A DNA stretch of 64,000 nt from Candidatus Woesearchaeota archaeon (GCA_016203305.1 JACQMY010000020.1:8003-72002), one strand, 5' to 3'. Positions 17,875-26,746 are shown, counted from the stretch's first letter. Made by a program: numbers and translations. The notes: a model not told the origin generated them from the letters alone.

Positions 17875-18081
17875 ATGAACAAAAACGTCGTAATCGCAAT
17901 CGTGCTCGGCGCACTCGTGCTCATCGCAGGAGTCCAAGCATTCCAGCTGTTCACACTAAAAAACAAGCTGGCAGAGGGAAGCTACAGCACAAGCGTAGCA
18001 CCACAAGCAGGAGCATCAGGAAGCAGCCCACAATTGCCAAGCAACCTGCAAAACCTGCCATCAATGGTTGGCGGATGTTAG
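17875..18081 (+). CDS. Small N-terminally anchored protein (68 aa) ending in ...LPSMVGGC
   Basis: The ATG at 17875 follows GGAGGGG. It has a single TM helix and then an Ala/Ser/Gly/Gln-rich stretch. Its C-terminal 8 residues are identical to those of the preceding gene. Confidence 0.5.
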   Translation: MNKNVVIAIVLGALVLIAGVQAFQLFTLKNKLAEGSYSTSVAPQAGASGSSPQLPSNLQNLPSMVGGC

Positions 18082-18118
18082 TATTGGGATGTAAGGCGTA
18101 GAATGAATGAAGAAGGCA
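18076..18118 (+). repeat. Heptamer tract after the 17875 gene
   Basis: gttagtattgggatgtaaggcgtagaatgaatgaagaagg. Confidence 0.6.
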
Positions 18119-18199
18119 GACTGATGAAAATATCCGTTCTCCGCCATTCACTATTCAAACAGCCAAAAACATAAATAGGGGCACTAGTCGAGGAGTCAT

Positions 18200-19351
18200 A
18201 TGAAGAAGAAAACAGCACTTGATCTCAACACTCTACTTGTAATACTTCTTGTCCTAGTAGTCGCAGCAGGATTGTACTTCACACTAAGCGTGCCAAAACC
18301 AAAAGCACCAGAACCAACACAGCCCGCCCTTAAAATAACCGCAACAATACTAGGCAACGACTGTGAAGACTGCTTCAATACAACAGTAGCAACAGACTTC
18401 TTGGCAAAACAAACAAATCTCAATATTACAGAAATCAAACAACTAACCATACAAGAAAGCAAAGAACTCGCGGATAAGTATAACATAACCAGACTACCAG
18501 CAATAGTGCTAACTGGAGAAGTAAACAATCTCACAATACCAAACTTTGAACAAAAAGAAGGCGCACTAGTGTTTGCGAACGCACCACCACCATATTATGA
18601 TATTGCCACGAAACAGTACCGCGGAAAAATAACACTCACAACAATAGACGTAACGTGCCAAGACTGCTTCAACATGAGCTCTTTACTCGGTCAATTAGAG
18701 CAAGCAGGAGTCAAAATAGACAAAAAAACACAACTCCTGGCAACCAGCGAAGAAGCAAAAACACTCATTTCCAAATACAAAATACAAAAACTACCAACAC
18801 TAATAATGAGCAAAGAAGCTCTTGAGTACGGGGTGATCAACGAAGTATGGGGTCAAGTAGGCAGCGAAGAAGAAGACGGAAACTTAATATTACGGTTTGT
18901 CTACCCACCATACGTAAATGCGAGCACAGGCAAAACAGAAGGACTAGTAGACCTAACGCTGCTAACAGACAAAACATGCACAGACTGCCTAAACACAACA
19001 GTCTACGAAGAACTCTTCAAACAAGGACTAAACATGCGCACCAAAACAATAACAAACGTTGACGTATCAAGCGCAAAAGGAAAACTATTGATAAAAAAAT
19101 ACAACATAACAATCGTGCCAACCCTAATTGCAAGCAAAGATGCAGCACAATATCCTGTCATGGCAGAAGTCTGGCAACAACTAGGAAGTATTGAAAAAGA
19201 CGGCAGCTATGTGCTAAGAAATGTTCAGCTAATGGAACGCGCAGTCGGCAGCCCAATCACGTACAAAAACTTAACATCAGGAGAAACACAACTAAGCTCC
19301 CAACCAAAAGAAGAAGCAGACATCTCTGCACCAGAAGCGGAAGAAGACTAG
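18200..19351 (+). CDS. Membrane-anchored extracytoplasmic protein with three thioredoxin-fold repeats (CxDC active sites)
   Basis: Three ~115-aa repeats, each with C-x-D-C (CEDCFNTT, CQDCFNMS, CTDCLNTT) followed ~35 aa later by a cis-Pro loop (KYNITRLPAIVL, KYKIQKLPTLIM, KYNITIVPTLIA). An N-terminal TM helix is present. Confidence 0.6.
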   Translation: MKKKTALDLNTLLVILLVLVVAAGLYFTLSVPKPKAPEPTQPALKITATILGNDCEDCFNTTVATDFLAKQTNLNITEIKQLTIQESKELADKYNITRLPAIVLTGEVNNLTIPNFEQKEGALVFANAPPPYYDIATKQYRGKITLTTIDVTCQDCFNMSSLLGQLEQAGVKIDKKTQLLATSEEAKTLISKYKIQKLPTLIMSKEALEYGVINEVWGQVGSEEEDGNLILRFVYPPYVNASTGKTEGLVDLTLLTDKTCTDCLNTTVYEELFKQGLNMRTKTITNVDVSSAKGKLLIKKYNITIVPTLIASKDAAQYPVMAEVWQQLGSIEKDGSYVLRNVQLMERAVGSPITYKNLTSGETQLSSQPKEEADISAPEAEED

Positions 19352-19520
19352 TTCTAGGGGTATTGGGACGTAGGCGAAAGGATGAAGGTATTAGGCGTTA
19401 GGTTGTAGGTATTAGGATGTAGGGCGAAGGCGGAAGGGAAAAGGTATTAGGCTGGAGGGTGAAGGGCGGAGGATGAAGATTGGCTTTTGGCCATTGGCTA
19501 TTGGTAGGTAGTCTGCCGTT
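19352..19520 (+). repeat. Longest heptamer tract (about 24 units), 3' of the triple-thioredoxin gene
   Basis: ggtattgggacgtaggcgaaaggatgaaggtattaggcgttaggttgtaggtattaggatgtagggcgaaggcggaagggaaaaggtattaggctggagggtgaagggcggaggatgaag is followed by attggcttttggccattggctattggtaggtag. Confidence 0.8.
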
Positions 19521-19621
19521 TTTATCAAAAGCTCAACAGCCTACGCCGGCCAAGCTAAACTTTGTCGTTCTGCACCCTTTTGTTCGCAACTATTAAAAAC
19601 TTAAGAGTGCAAGCTTTGTTC

Positions 19622-21481
19622 ATGAGGTGGTTGTTATTCGTACCATTGCTTCTTTTAGTAGTTCCTTTTGTTTCTGCTGATTTGTTAAGATGTGATTCAG
19701 AACAATACAAAGGAGTGCTTTGCGAAGCTTCCGAAGGAGTGTATAAAGCCTACCAGAATCATCTGAATGAAGTAAAAGCATCAAAAAGCAATTGTGGAAA
19801 GCAGCCGCGGCTGCCTCAGCCGCCAGGATGCGAAGGAGGATGGGTGCAGTATAAATGTCCCTTTGACGAGCCCGCCAGAAATCTGATATTCGAAATTGCA
19901 GACATTTGCCCAGCAACACCTGAAACTCCAACACCTGCTCCTACTGAAACTCCGAAAACAACGCCTGTCCCTCCAACAGTTACTCCTCCCAAACCTGTAG
20001 TGCCTGTCCCTCCAGCTGAGCGAAAGCACTGCTGTTTTTGTTTGGTACGCAAGGGAATGCAAAGAGAATCGTTGCCCATAGGAATAGTTTATACGCCTGA
20101 GCAATGCCAGCAGTCATGTCAAAAATACGGTTTCCTGAATAATCTGGAAATTATCAAGCATATCGCAAGGGTTGGTTTTTGTCCTCAACTGATGCCGGTG
20201 AGCGCTCCAAAAGAAGAGATCAAGGAAGCTCCCTGCAAAGATTGCCGCTCTCTGCAAATGCTGGTAAACAGCAAAAATGCAGGATTTGCGGCAAAATCCG
20301 CGAAATTGCAGAAACAGCTCGGAATTATTCAACGATATATAGCCTTGCTCAAGAAAAATATTGGTTTCGGTGGTGAAGGAGTAGCATTGACTGAGAATTT
20401 GTATGCAAAACTTGGGAGCGCAGAACGCATGGAAGCAGAAGTTAAAAGGCAACTTGAAGAGATCCAAAAAAAAGTTGATGCGCTTGCCGATGAGTTGTTT
20501 GATTGCATGAACTCTCCACTACCTCCATGCCCTGGCTTGGGCGGTGATGGACTTGAGCGCCCTCCCACTCCTGGAAGCCCCGGAGGAACCGTTGAACGGC
20601 CCAAATTCATAAGCGAAGAACCCCCAGAATGCCATGATTCTGATGCTCTTTCTCCATGGCCTCCTGAAGTGGAAGGTTATGTAAAGGTGACAAAACCCGG
20701 CAAGGATGCCGAAATTTTCAAGGATTCCTGTACAGTGCAAACAATTAAAACGATGTTGGGCGAGCGACCCTTTAGTGCAACACTAACAGAATGGTTTTGC
20801 AAAGATAAGACTGCTGCTTCCATGGAAATAACATGCAATACTGCAGAATGCAATAAAAAAGGAACTGCCTGCGGCCATTCTCTGACAAAAGCTCCTCCTG
20901 AATGTGGGAATTTGAAGGTTGAAACAGGGGAGCAATGTGATCCGCCTGGCGCTATTTGCCTTGGCTCAACATCAAAATATTATTTGAAAGGCGTGTGCAA
21001 GCCTGATTGCAGCAAGTGTGAATGGACTGATAAAACTCCTATACCTCCCGAGCCTCCCAAACCAGCAGAGCCTAAGCCTCCAGAGCCAACTGAGCCAAAA
21101 GGGCCTCCTCCTGTTATTCATTGGGACGATGAAGATGAAGAAGCTGTTGGAGAATGCAAGGATTGCCGCATCTTCAAAACGCGTCTGGACAGCCAAAATA
21201 CAAAATCAAGAGAATTGAGCGCGCAACTCAGCAGTATTCAAAAGCACATAAAAAAACTTGAAATGGATATTGCTCTGAGCGGTGAAGTAAAAGCAGCGGT
21301 TAATAATCTATACGCACAACTCGAAGATGCGAAGCGCACGGAAGCCAAGACTAAAAGTCAGTTTGAGGAAGTTAAAAGGAAAATCTTCGCACATGCTAGT
21401 ATTCTATCATATTGTATGAGCTCTCCATTGCCTCCCTGTGAAGGCTTAGATGAAGATGGCTTGGATCCTTCTAGGTACTGA
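19622..21481 (+). CDS. Large secreted Cys-rich protein with Pro/Thr linkers and an internally duplicated ~110-aa module
   Basis: Signal peptide MRWLLFVPLLLLVVPFVSA. Module 1 (CKDCRSLQMLVNSKN...LYAKLGSAERMEAEVKRQLEEIQKKVDALADELFDCMNSPLPPCPGLGGDGLERP) and module 2 (CKDCRIFKTRLDSQN...LYAQLEDAKRTEAKTKSQFEEVKRKIFAHASILSYCMSSPLPPCEGLDEDGLDP) are clear paralogous repeats. Confidence 0.6.
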   Translation: MRWLLFVPLLLLVVPFVSADLLRCDSEQYKGVLCEASEGVYKAYQNHLNEVKASKSNCGKQPRLPQPPGCEGGWVQYKCPFDEPARNLIFEIADICPATPETPTPAPTETPKTTPVPPTVTPPKPVVPVPPAERKHCCFCLVRKGMQRESLPIGIVYTPEQCQQSCQKYGFLNNLEIIKHIARVGFCPQLMPVSAPKEEIKEAPCKDCRSLQMLVNSKNAGFAAKSAKLQKQLGIIQRYIALLKKNIGFGGEGVALTENLYAKLGSAERMEAEVKRQLEEIQKKVDALADELFDCMNSPLPPCPGLGGDGLERPPTPGSPGGTVERPKFISEEPPECHDSDALSPWPPEVEGYVKVTKPGKDAEIFKDSCTVQTIKTMLGERPFSATLTEWFCKDKTAASMEITCNTAECNKKGTACGHSLTKAPPECGNLKVETGEQCDPPGAICLGSTSKYYLKGVCKPDCSKCEWTDKTPIPPEPPKPAEPKPPEPTEPKGPPPVIHWDDEDEEAVGECKDCRIFKTRLDSQNTKSRELSAQLSSIQKHIKKLEMDIALSGEVKAAVNNLYAQLEDAKRTEAKTKSQFEEVKRKIFAHASILSYCMSSPLPPCEGLDEDGLDPSRY

Positions 21482-21582
21482 AGAAGCTATTACACTGAGC
21501 AGTTTCCATTCCGAAAGTTCACGACCAGACTCAAAAACATGAAAATATCTAATCAGCAGACAATTCCTACAGCCAATATTGC

Positions 21583-21726
21583 CTAGTCAACATCCCGCAA
21601 CAAGTCGTCAGCAGCCTGCATGGTGTCCTCGGCAACCTTGTCCTTGCCACAATACGGGCACAACTTAGGAGCGAAACTCCGCGTAAAACGCCAATTGCAA
21701 GCCCCACAACGATACTTACTCTTCAT
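21583..21726 (-). CDS. Small zinc-ribbon protein (47 aa, two CxxC pairs)
   Basis: MKSKYRCGACNWRFTRSFAPKLCPYCGKDK. The track ORF extends upstream through a heptamer tract; the internal ATG at 21726 gives the plausible gene. Confidence 0.45.
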   Translation of the reverse strand: MKSKYRCGACNWRFTRSFAPKLCPYCGKDKVAEDTMQAADDLLRDVD

Positions 21727-21783
21727 GCTCACCCAAAACAACCTCGGGGAAATATTTAAACTTGTCGAAATTGGGTATTTGTC

Positions 21784-21824
21784 ATTAGGACGTAGGATGA
21801 AGGAAGAAGGCGGAAGGATGAAGA
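21784..21824 (+). repeat. Heptamer tract in the divergent spacer between the zinc-ribbon gene and the 21912 gene
   Basis: ttaggacgtaggatgaaggaagaaggcggaaggatgaag. Confidence 0.7.
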
Positions 21825-21911
21825 ATACGGTCTTTAACCTTCTCCCTTCCACCTTCAATCCCAGATGTTGTTGGCGGCAAGCTTTAATATCGCGCTCACA
21901 ACGCAGAATAT

Positions 21912-22259
21912 GTGAAAACTCTACTCATACTAGCGCTACTATTTGCTGTATTGCTTACGCTCAGCGTGGCACCCTCAATGCTTGCAGAATGTCCCTCCCG
22001 CGCGTACGGAACAAACAACCAAACAACAATCAAATACTTCAGCAGCCCCTTTTGCATAGCCTGCTGGCACCAGAAAACAGAACTCCAACGGATTGCTGCA
22101 GAGAACGGAGACAAGTTCCTGGTAGAAGAATATGATGCAGACCTATGTGCTAGCGCAGCATACCCACAACGAGTAATGGGAGTGCCAGCTTTTATCAAAA
22201 ACAACAACATTTCCTATGGATTTAAGAACAAAGAACAACTACAACAACTCATCACATGA
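21912..22259 (+). CDS. Secreted thioredoxin-like oxidoreductase (CIAC active site)
   Basis: Signal peptide, SPFCIACW (CxxC) and a downstream GVPAF cis-Pro loop. Its stop overlaps the start of the next gene (ATGA). Confidence 0.6.
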   Translation: MKTLLILALLFAVLLTLSVAPSMLAECPSRAYGTNNQTTIKYFSSPFCIACWHQKTELQRIAAENGDKFLVEEYDADLCASAAYPQRVMGVPAFIKNNNISYGFKNKEQLQQLIT

Positions 22260-22459
22260 AATATCGCATCTTGCTCGTCGCATTCTTCCTAGGCGTGCTA
22301 ATCGGTTTGAGCCTATTCTACCAAGCACCAACAGGACAAGCAATAAAATGCACCCTAAACAACCAACCATGCGAATGCAATAACCTCAATTGCACTTGTG
22401 GCGACCAAACAATACCAGCAGAATATTGCACACAAGGTTTAAATAAGAACGAAGGATGA
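22256..22459 (+). CDS. Small secreted Cys-rich peptide (67 aa, 8 Cys)
   Basis: A signal/TM segment, then CTLNNQPCECNNLNCTCGDQTIPAEYCTQG. It is translationally coupled to the thioredoxin-like gene. Confidence 0.5.
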   Translation: MKYRILLVAFFLGVLIGLSLFYQAPTGQAIKCTLNNQPCECNNLNCTCGDQTIPAEYCTQGLNKNEG

Positions 22460-22506
22460 AGGAAGAAGGATGAAGACTGGCTGTTGGCAATTAGCTGTTG
22501 ACTATT
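22448..22506 (+). repeat. Heptamer tract (AGG type then TTGGCT type)
   Basis: aacgaaggatgaaggaagaaggatgaag actggctgttggcaattagctgttgactattgg. Confidence 0.7.
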
Positions 22507-22693
22507 GGAAAAGAGAATGAAAACAGAAACAATCTTTTACACTGTTGGAATAATATTCACCATAGCGACAATCCTATACTTCACCTGGGAGTATCTATTC
22601 GACCTTGCACGATCACTCAAAATCATTGCCCTAAGCTTGCTAACATTATTCTTCTGGTTCCTAGCAAGCTACCTACGCGAGCGTGATGTCTAA
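22505..22693 (+). CDS. Small membrane protein (62 aa)
   Basis: Two hydrophobic helices. Its stop overlaps the next start (TAATG). Confidence 0.4.
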   Translation: MEKRMKTETIFYTVGIIFTIATILYFTWEYLFDLARSLKIIALSLLTLFFWFLASYLRERDV

Positions 22694-22953
22694 TGTGGGC
22701 ACAAGTAGTATTCTGGGCGTTAGTAATCCCACTGCTAATTGTACTGCTCATCGTTTACTTGAAAAGCAAAAAATTACACAGGCTAATGTACATACTCTCA
22801 GTATTCACGTACAGCATGACAATCATGTACGCAATCGACGCGTACGACCTAGGAAGAAACGCAATCCTGGGATTACTAGCATTCAGCGCAGCACTAATGA
22901 TGTACTTAGGCTACCACTTCAGACAACCAGTTGTTCATAAGAGGAAGAAATGA
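22693..22953 (+). CDS. Small membrane protein (86 aa)
   Basis: Three hydrophobic segments. Its stop overlaps the next start (ATGA). Confidence 0.45.
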   Translation: MWAQVVFWALVIPLLIVLLIVYLKSKKLHRLMYILSVFTYSMTIMYAIDAYDLGRNAILGLLAFSAALMMYLGYHFRQPVVHKRKK

Positions 22954-23546
22954 ACAAAAACCTGATCGCAGCAATCGTATGCGTTGTTCTAATCACAATC
23001 ATCACACTACTCAGCGCATTGCCCTTTGGCTTCAGAATAGAACAACAAACAGCACAAACGCTGCCAGCAGACCAAGTCGTGCCAGTAATGGACGAAGGAC
23101 AAGGATACTACGGGCCAACACCAGGACCAACAATACACACAATCACGTTCACAAACACATTCATGCCAAGACAATACGTCCTACCACAAGCACAAGCATG
23201 CCTGTACAACACCAAAAACGGACAAGGAGCATACCTAGGAACACGATGGCAAGTAAGCAGCATGCAAAGCAAAGTAGACTTTGGAGACAACCAAAACGTC
23301 GTCCAACTAGGAAAAGAAACAAGAACAGTCAAGCTCACAATCGACAAATTCGTCAGATGGAAAAGACCAATCGTACCACAAGCAGCAATGCCACCAGAAA
23401 AAATACCAAAAACAACAGATTATCCAGAAGGATTCGACACAATATACCTGTGGCTAATCACAAAAGAACAAAGCAACTTCTACCCGAGCTGTGAAAGCTT
23501 ACAACAAGTTGACATGGAATACGCGAAGAAGATAACATTAGTTTGA
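22950..23546 (+). CDS. N-terminally anchored extracytoplasmic protein, hypothetical
   Basis: One TM helix and then a soluble domain. It is third in a chain of overlapping genes. Confidence 0.5.
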   Translation: MNKNLIAAIVCVVLITIITLLSALPFGFRIEQQTAQTLPADQVVPVMDEGQGYYGPTPGPTIHTITFTNTFMPRQYVLPQAQACLYNTKNGQGAYLGTRWQVSSMQSKVDFGDNQNVVQLGKETRTVKLTIDKFVRWKRPIVPQAAMPPEKIPKTTDYPEGFDTIYLWLITKEQSNFYPSCESLQQVDMEYAKKITLV

Positions 23547-23607
23547 ACTATGCGATCTTTTTAACTGCCAAGAACGCTTTATATTCTGCGGACCAACCTT
23601 TTTGTGT

Positions 23608-24366
23608 ATGGATGAGCGGATTCGTGAGCTTGAGAGGAGGGCTAGGGCTTCTCGTGATATTAATGCTGTGAATGCGTATTTTGGTGCGCTGCTGCGTTTG
23701 GGTTCCCAGTGTTTGCAGGGTTTGCTTGGCAGTGGCAGCGATTGGTGGCAGAACTTGCTGTACCGGCGGGCCTTAAAGGAGTTAGGTGGTGGTCGTGCTG
23801 ATTTGGACTTAACCTTGCCGCACCGTTGGAGTGTTGTTGGTTCTGGCAACATTAATTTTGGCGCCTGCCGCTTGCAGCTAGTGCAGGAGTGCAAGGAGGA
23901 TCCAGAAACGCATCAGAATGACCATGGACTTCACCCTTTTTTCGACCATGATGCGAGACCTTTGACTTTTAAGGAGACTATTCAAGCTCGGATGAACCAG
24001 TGGGAGGAGTCGAAAGGAACAGAGTGGAGTTTGTGGGTGTCATGGCTTGACTCGTGCACAGGCATTGTTTGGGAAGCTGGAGGAAGACGTTTTAAGATTG
24101 TTCCAATGCATGGTGAATTGCTGACTGCGCCAGCATCAAACGCTGAATATCTTTCTGCAAGCTTCGCAAATACTCCAGGCGATCCTTTAACGGTTGATGC
24201 AACGTACGATCGTGATTTGACTTTTGATGAGGTTATCGTGCATAAGGGCTGGCTCGCGGCAGTCGAAGGAGATGAAAGCTTGCTTCACCGATACGCGCAA
24301 ACCGCATTCGCACGCTTCGGAAGACAGAGGGATGCGATTCTGGACTGTCAGATCCGGACTTCCTGA
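23608..24366 (+). CDS. Hypothetical protein encoded in a GC-rich segment; likely horizontally acquired
   Basis: GC is visibly higher than its surroundings (e.g. gtgcgctgctgcgtttgggttcccagtgtttgcagggtttgcttggcagtggcagcg). No family recognised. Confidence 0.45.
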   Translation: MDERIRELERRARASRDINAVNAYFGALLRLGSQCLQGLLGSGSDWWQNLLYRRALKELGGGRADLDLTLPHRWSVVGSGNINFGACRLQLVQECKEDPETHQNDHGLHPFFDHDARPLTFKETIQARMNQWEESKGTEWSLWVSWLDSCTGIVWEAGGRRFKIVPMHGELLTAPASNAEYLSASFANTPGDPLTVDATYDRDLTFDEVIVHKGWLAAVEGDESLLHRYAQTAFARFGRQRDAILDCQIRTS

Positions 24367-24497
24367 ACACTTGCGGGCGTTGTGCGCCTACAGTCTTAAC
24401 GGCATCTGCGATTGTGATGGCGACTGGAATCTCGACGGCGGCGCCCGTCTCGCCCGAGTGCGTCCGCTATAATGTGCGAGCGGAGCGAGCCACTCAC

Positions 24498-25100
24498 TTA
24501 CTTGCGGCTGAGAACAATCCGTGCATCAACAGCAAGAACTTCCTTATCATTCGCGAACAAAGGATTAACGTCAAGCTCCTCAATATCAGGCATTTTGTCA
24601 GGAAGTTTTGACAATTCAACCATAGAGTCAAGCAAAGCCTTCCTGTTAACAGGCTTTTGGCCACGAACGCCCTCCAACAGTCTGCTGCCCTTAAGCTCAG
24701 CAAGCATGCTCTCCGCGTCTTTTCTTGAAATAGGACACACACGAAAAGAGACATCCTTGTACACCTCAACGAAAATACCACCAACACCCGCAAGCAAAAC
24801 ATGACCAAAAGACGGGTCACGCTTAATGCCTAGAAACATCTCAACACCAGAAGAATGCTCCTGCACCAGAACCTTGCCGAGCTTCAATAACCTTGCAGCA
24901 GCAGACCTTGCCTCTGCAGCATCACGTGCAATAACAACACCACCAGCCTCTGTCTTGTGCACAACCTTCGCGCTAACAGCCTTCAAAACAACAGGAAAAC
25001 CAAGACGCTTGGCAAAACGCTCAGCCTGCTTGAGATTAGTTGCAACCTCAAACTTAGCAATAGGAATATTCAAAGACTGAAGCGCGACATCCAACATCAC
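24498..25100 (-). CDS. ATP-grasp domain protein resembling the beta subunit of ADP-forming acetyl-CoA synthetase
   Basis: FPVVLKAVSAKVVHKTEAGGV...ARDAAEA and LAGVGGIFVEVY resemble ACD-beta / succinyl-CoA ligase ATP-grasp modules. It overlaps the MFS gene by 4 nt. Confidence 0.6.
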   Translation of the reverse strand: MMLDVALQSLNIPIAKFEVATNLKQAERFAKRLGFPVVLKAVSAKVVHKTEAGGVVIARDAAEARSAAARLLKLGKVLVQEHSSGVEMFLGIKRDPSFGHVLLAGVGGIFVEVYKDVSFRVCPISRKDAESMLAELKGSRLLEGVRGQKPVNRKALLDSMVELSKLPDKMPDIEELDVNPLFANDKEVLAVDARIVLSRK

Positions 25101-26290
25101 TCAGGAACACCCCGCAAAAAGCCCAAGCCAACAGCAAAAAACACAAGCAAAGAAAGCAAAGCCGCCTGGTAGCTAACGAAATGCGCAAGCGCTCCAAACA
25201 CAATAGGGCCAAAAATTCCACTAAACTTGTTCGTAAGCTCCAAAAAACCAAAAAACTGGCCCGCATTAGCATGCTTAACCATATCCAACAATTTCGGACG
25301 CTGAGCAGTCCACACAGCACCCAGCGCAGCGCCACCCAAAGTACCAGCAAGGATGAACATCGGCAAATTCTTCACAAACATCAACAATATGATAACAGCA
25401 ATCCAGCCCCAAACAGACCACAGCAAAACCTTCTTGCTACCAAAACGATCAACAGCCCTGCCGGAAATCACGCTGCCAACAGTCGCGCCCAACGATTGAA
25501 TAGTGTAAACAACAAAAAAAGCCTTAACACTCAAATGAATCTGGTGCTTTGCGAACAAAAACAAAAACACGATAACAGCATTAATAGCATTTGTCACAAA
25601 AAACATTGACAACAAAAACCACAACACATGACGATGCTTTGAAACATTACGCAAAGTCTTCCAAACAGCTCTAACAGACTCGCCCAAATGCACAACAACA
25701 CCCTTGCGTAGCCGCAGTGCATGCTCGTGAATCCCGAAAAAAGTAGGCAAAGAAAACACGAAAAACATAATCGCAGTAGCCACGAAAATCGCACGCGCGC
25801 CCTCAGCAGTCTCCCAACCAAGACGCATCAACAACAAAGCAGCAATGCCCAAAGAAATCAATGTTCCAAGATAACCCATTGCTGTTCCAATCCCTGAGAC
25901 GTTTCCTGTCTCGTTTTTACCCGCAATCCTCGGCAACAGCGCATTATAGGTTGTCAATGCAGCGTGATACGAAAAGTTTGCCAAAAAACCAGCCAACAAC
26001 GCCCATGCCAGAGGAACAGCAGAAACAAAGGCAGTAAATAAACAACAAATAATTGTGAACACAATAATGAACGGCATCCGCCTCCCCAACAAATCACTCC
26101 ATGCACCAATCACAGGAACCGTAAACGCAACAGCCAACATGCTCAAACCAAACACCAAACCAATCTGCAACTCGTTACCACCCAAAAACTGCTTCACATA
26201 AAACGGGTAAAAGAACGTGACGAACAACGCGCTAAAAATAGTATTTGCAAGGTCGTACATGCCCCAAGCAAATACCTCTCTTTTGTTCAT
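25097..26290 (-). CDS. MFS transporter
   Basis: Twelve predicted TM helices with the G...D(R/K)xGRR-like motif (GAWSDLLGRRMP). Confidence 0.8.
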   Translation of the reverse strand: MNKREVFAWGMYDLANTIFSALFVTFFYPFYVKQFLGGNELQIGLVFGLSMLAVAFTVPVIGAWSDLLGRRMPFIIVFTIICCLFTAFVSAVPLAWALLAGFLANFSYHAALTTYNALLPRIAGKNETGNVSGIGTAMGYLGTLISLGIAALLLMRLGWETAEGARAIFVATAIMFFVFSLPTFFGIHEHALRLRKGVVVHLGESVRAVWKTLRNVSKHRHVLWFLLSMFFVTNAINAVIVFLFLFAKHQIHLSVKAFFVVYTIQSLGATVGSVISGRAVDRFGSKKVLLWSVWGWIAVIILLMFVKNLPMFILAGTLGGAALGAVWTAQRPKLLDMVKHANAGQFFGFLELTNKFSGIFGPIVFGALAHFVSYQAALLSLLVFFAVGLGFLRGVPE

Positions 26291-26374
26291 TAACGAATAA
26301 AAACGTTCTTTGCTTTTTAAATGTTAGTTTCGAGTATAGATATTCTTTTTAACAATGCACCACAAATCATCAAC

Positions 26375-26746
26375 ATGGACCTCCACGAGCTTCAACAACA
26401 AATCAAAGCATTCAACCAAGAAAGAGACTGGGACCAGTACCACAACCCAAAAGACCTATTTGTGGCGCTAGTAAGCGAGATAGGAGAGCTCGCAGACTGC
26501 TATCGCTGGCTCAACGCGGAAGGAATAGCAAAAATCCATTCAGACCCTGAAAAGAGGAAAAAGGTAGAGGAAGAACTGGCAGACATCATGATATATCTGC
26601 TGATACTCGCTTACAAAACAGACATAGACTTGCTTAGGGTGGCCCAGGAAAAATTGGAGAAAAACAAGCTAAAATACCCAATTGACAAAAGCAAAGGAGT
26701 ACACAGCAACGCGATTGAAGGGTATAAGGGAGTAGGCAGGTTGTAG
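26375..26746 (+). CDS. MazG-like nucleoside triphosphate pyrophosphohydrolase
   Basis: EIGELAD....EELADIMIY is the MazG EExx(E/D) motif pair. The ATG is at 26375. The last codons (GYKGVGRL) run into the heptamer tract. Confidence 0.7.
   Translation: MDLHELQQQIKAFNQERDWDQYHNPKDLFVALVSEIGELADCYRWLNAEGIAKIHSDPEKRKKVEEELADIMIYLLILAYKTDIDLLRVAQEKLEKNKLKYPIDKSKGVHSNAIEGYKGVGRL

Noticed and set aside
17796-18081. Possibility that the shared TGT-TAG ending means TAG read-through (Pyl or other recoding) into the repeat
   Set aside because: Downstream sequence has 7-nt, not 3-nt, periodicity and hits further stops in every frame within 21 nt. No pyl genes are in the window. Other genes here terminate normally with TAG.
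19352-19520. Resemblance of TATTAGG/TTGTAGG heptamers to plant-type TTTAGGG telomere repeats
   Set aside because: The units are far too degenerate (only AGG fixed). They occur at many internal intergenic sites of what is evidently a gene-dense prokaryotic chromosome. There is no terminal position and no telomerase context. The similarity is superficial.
24224-24472. 82-aa + ORF in the GC-rich tail after 23608..24366
   Set aside because: It overlaps the end of the upstream gene in another frame and runs through GC-rich hairpin sequence. More likely non-coding or remnant than a gene.
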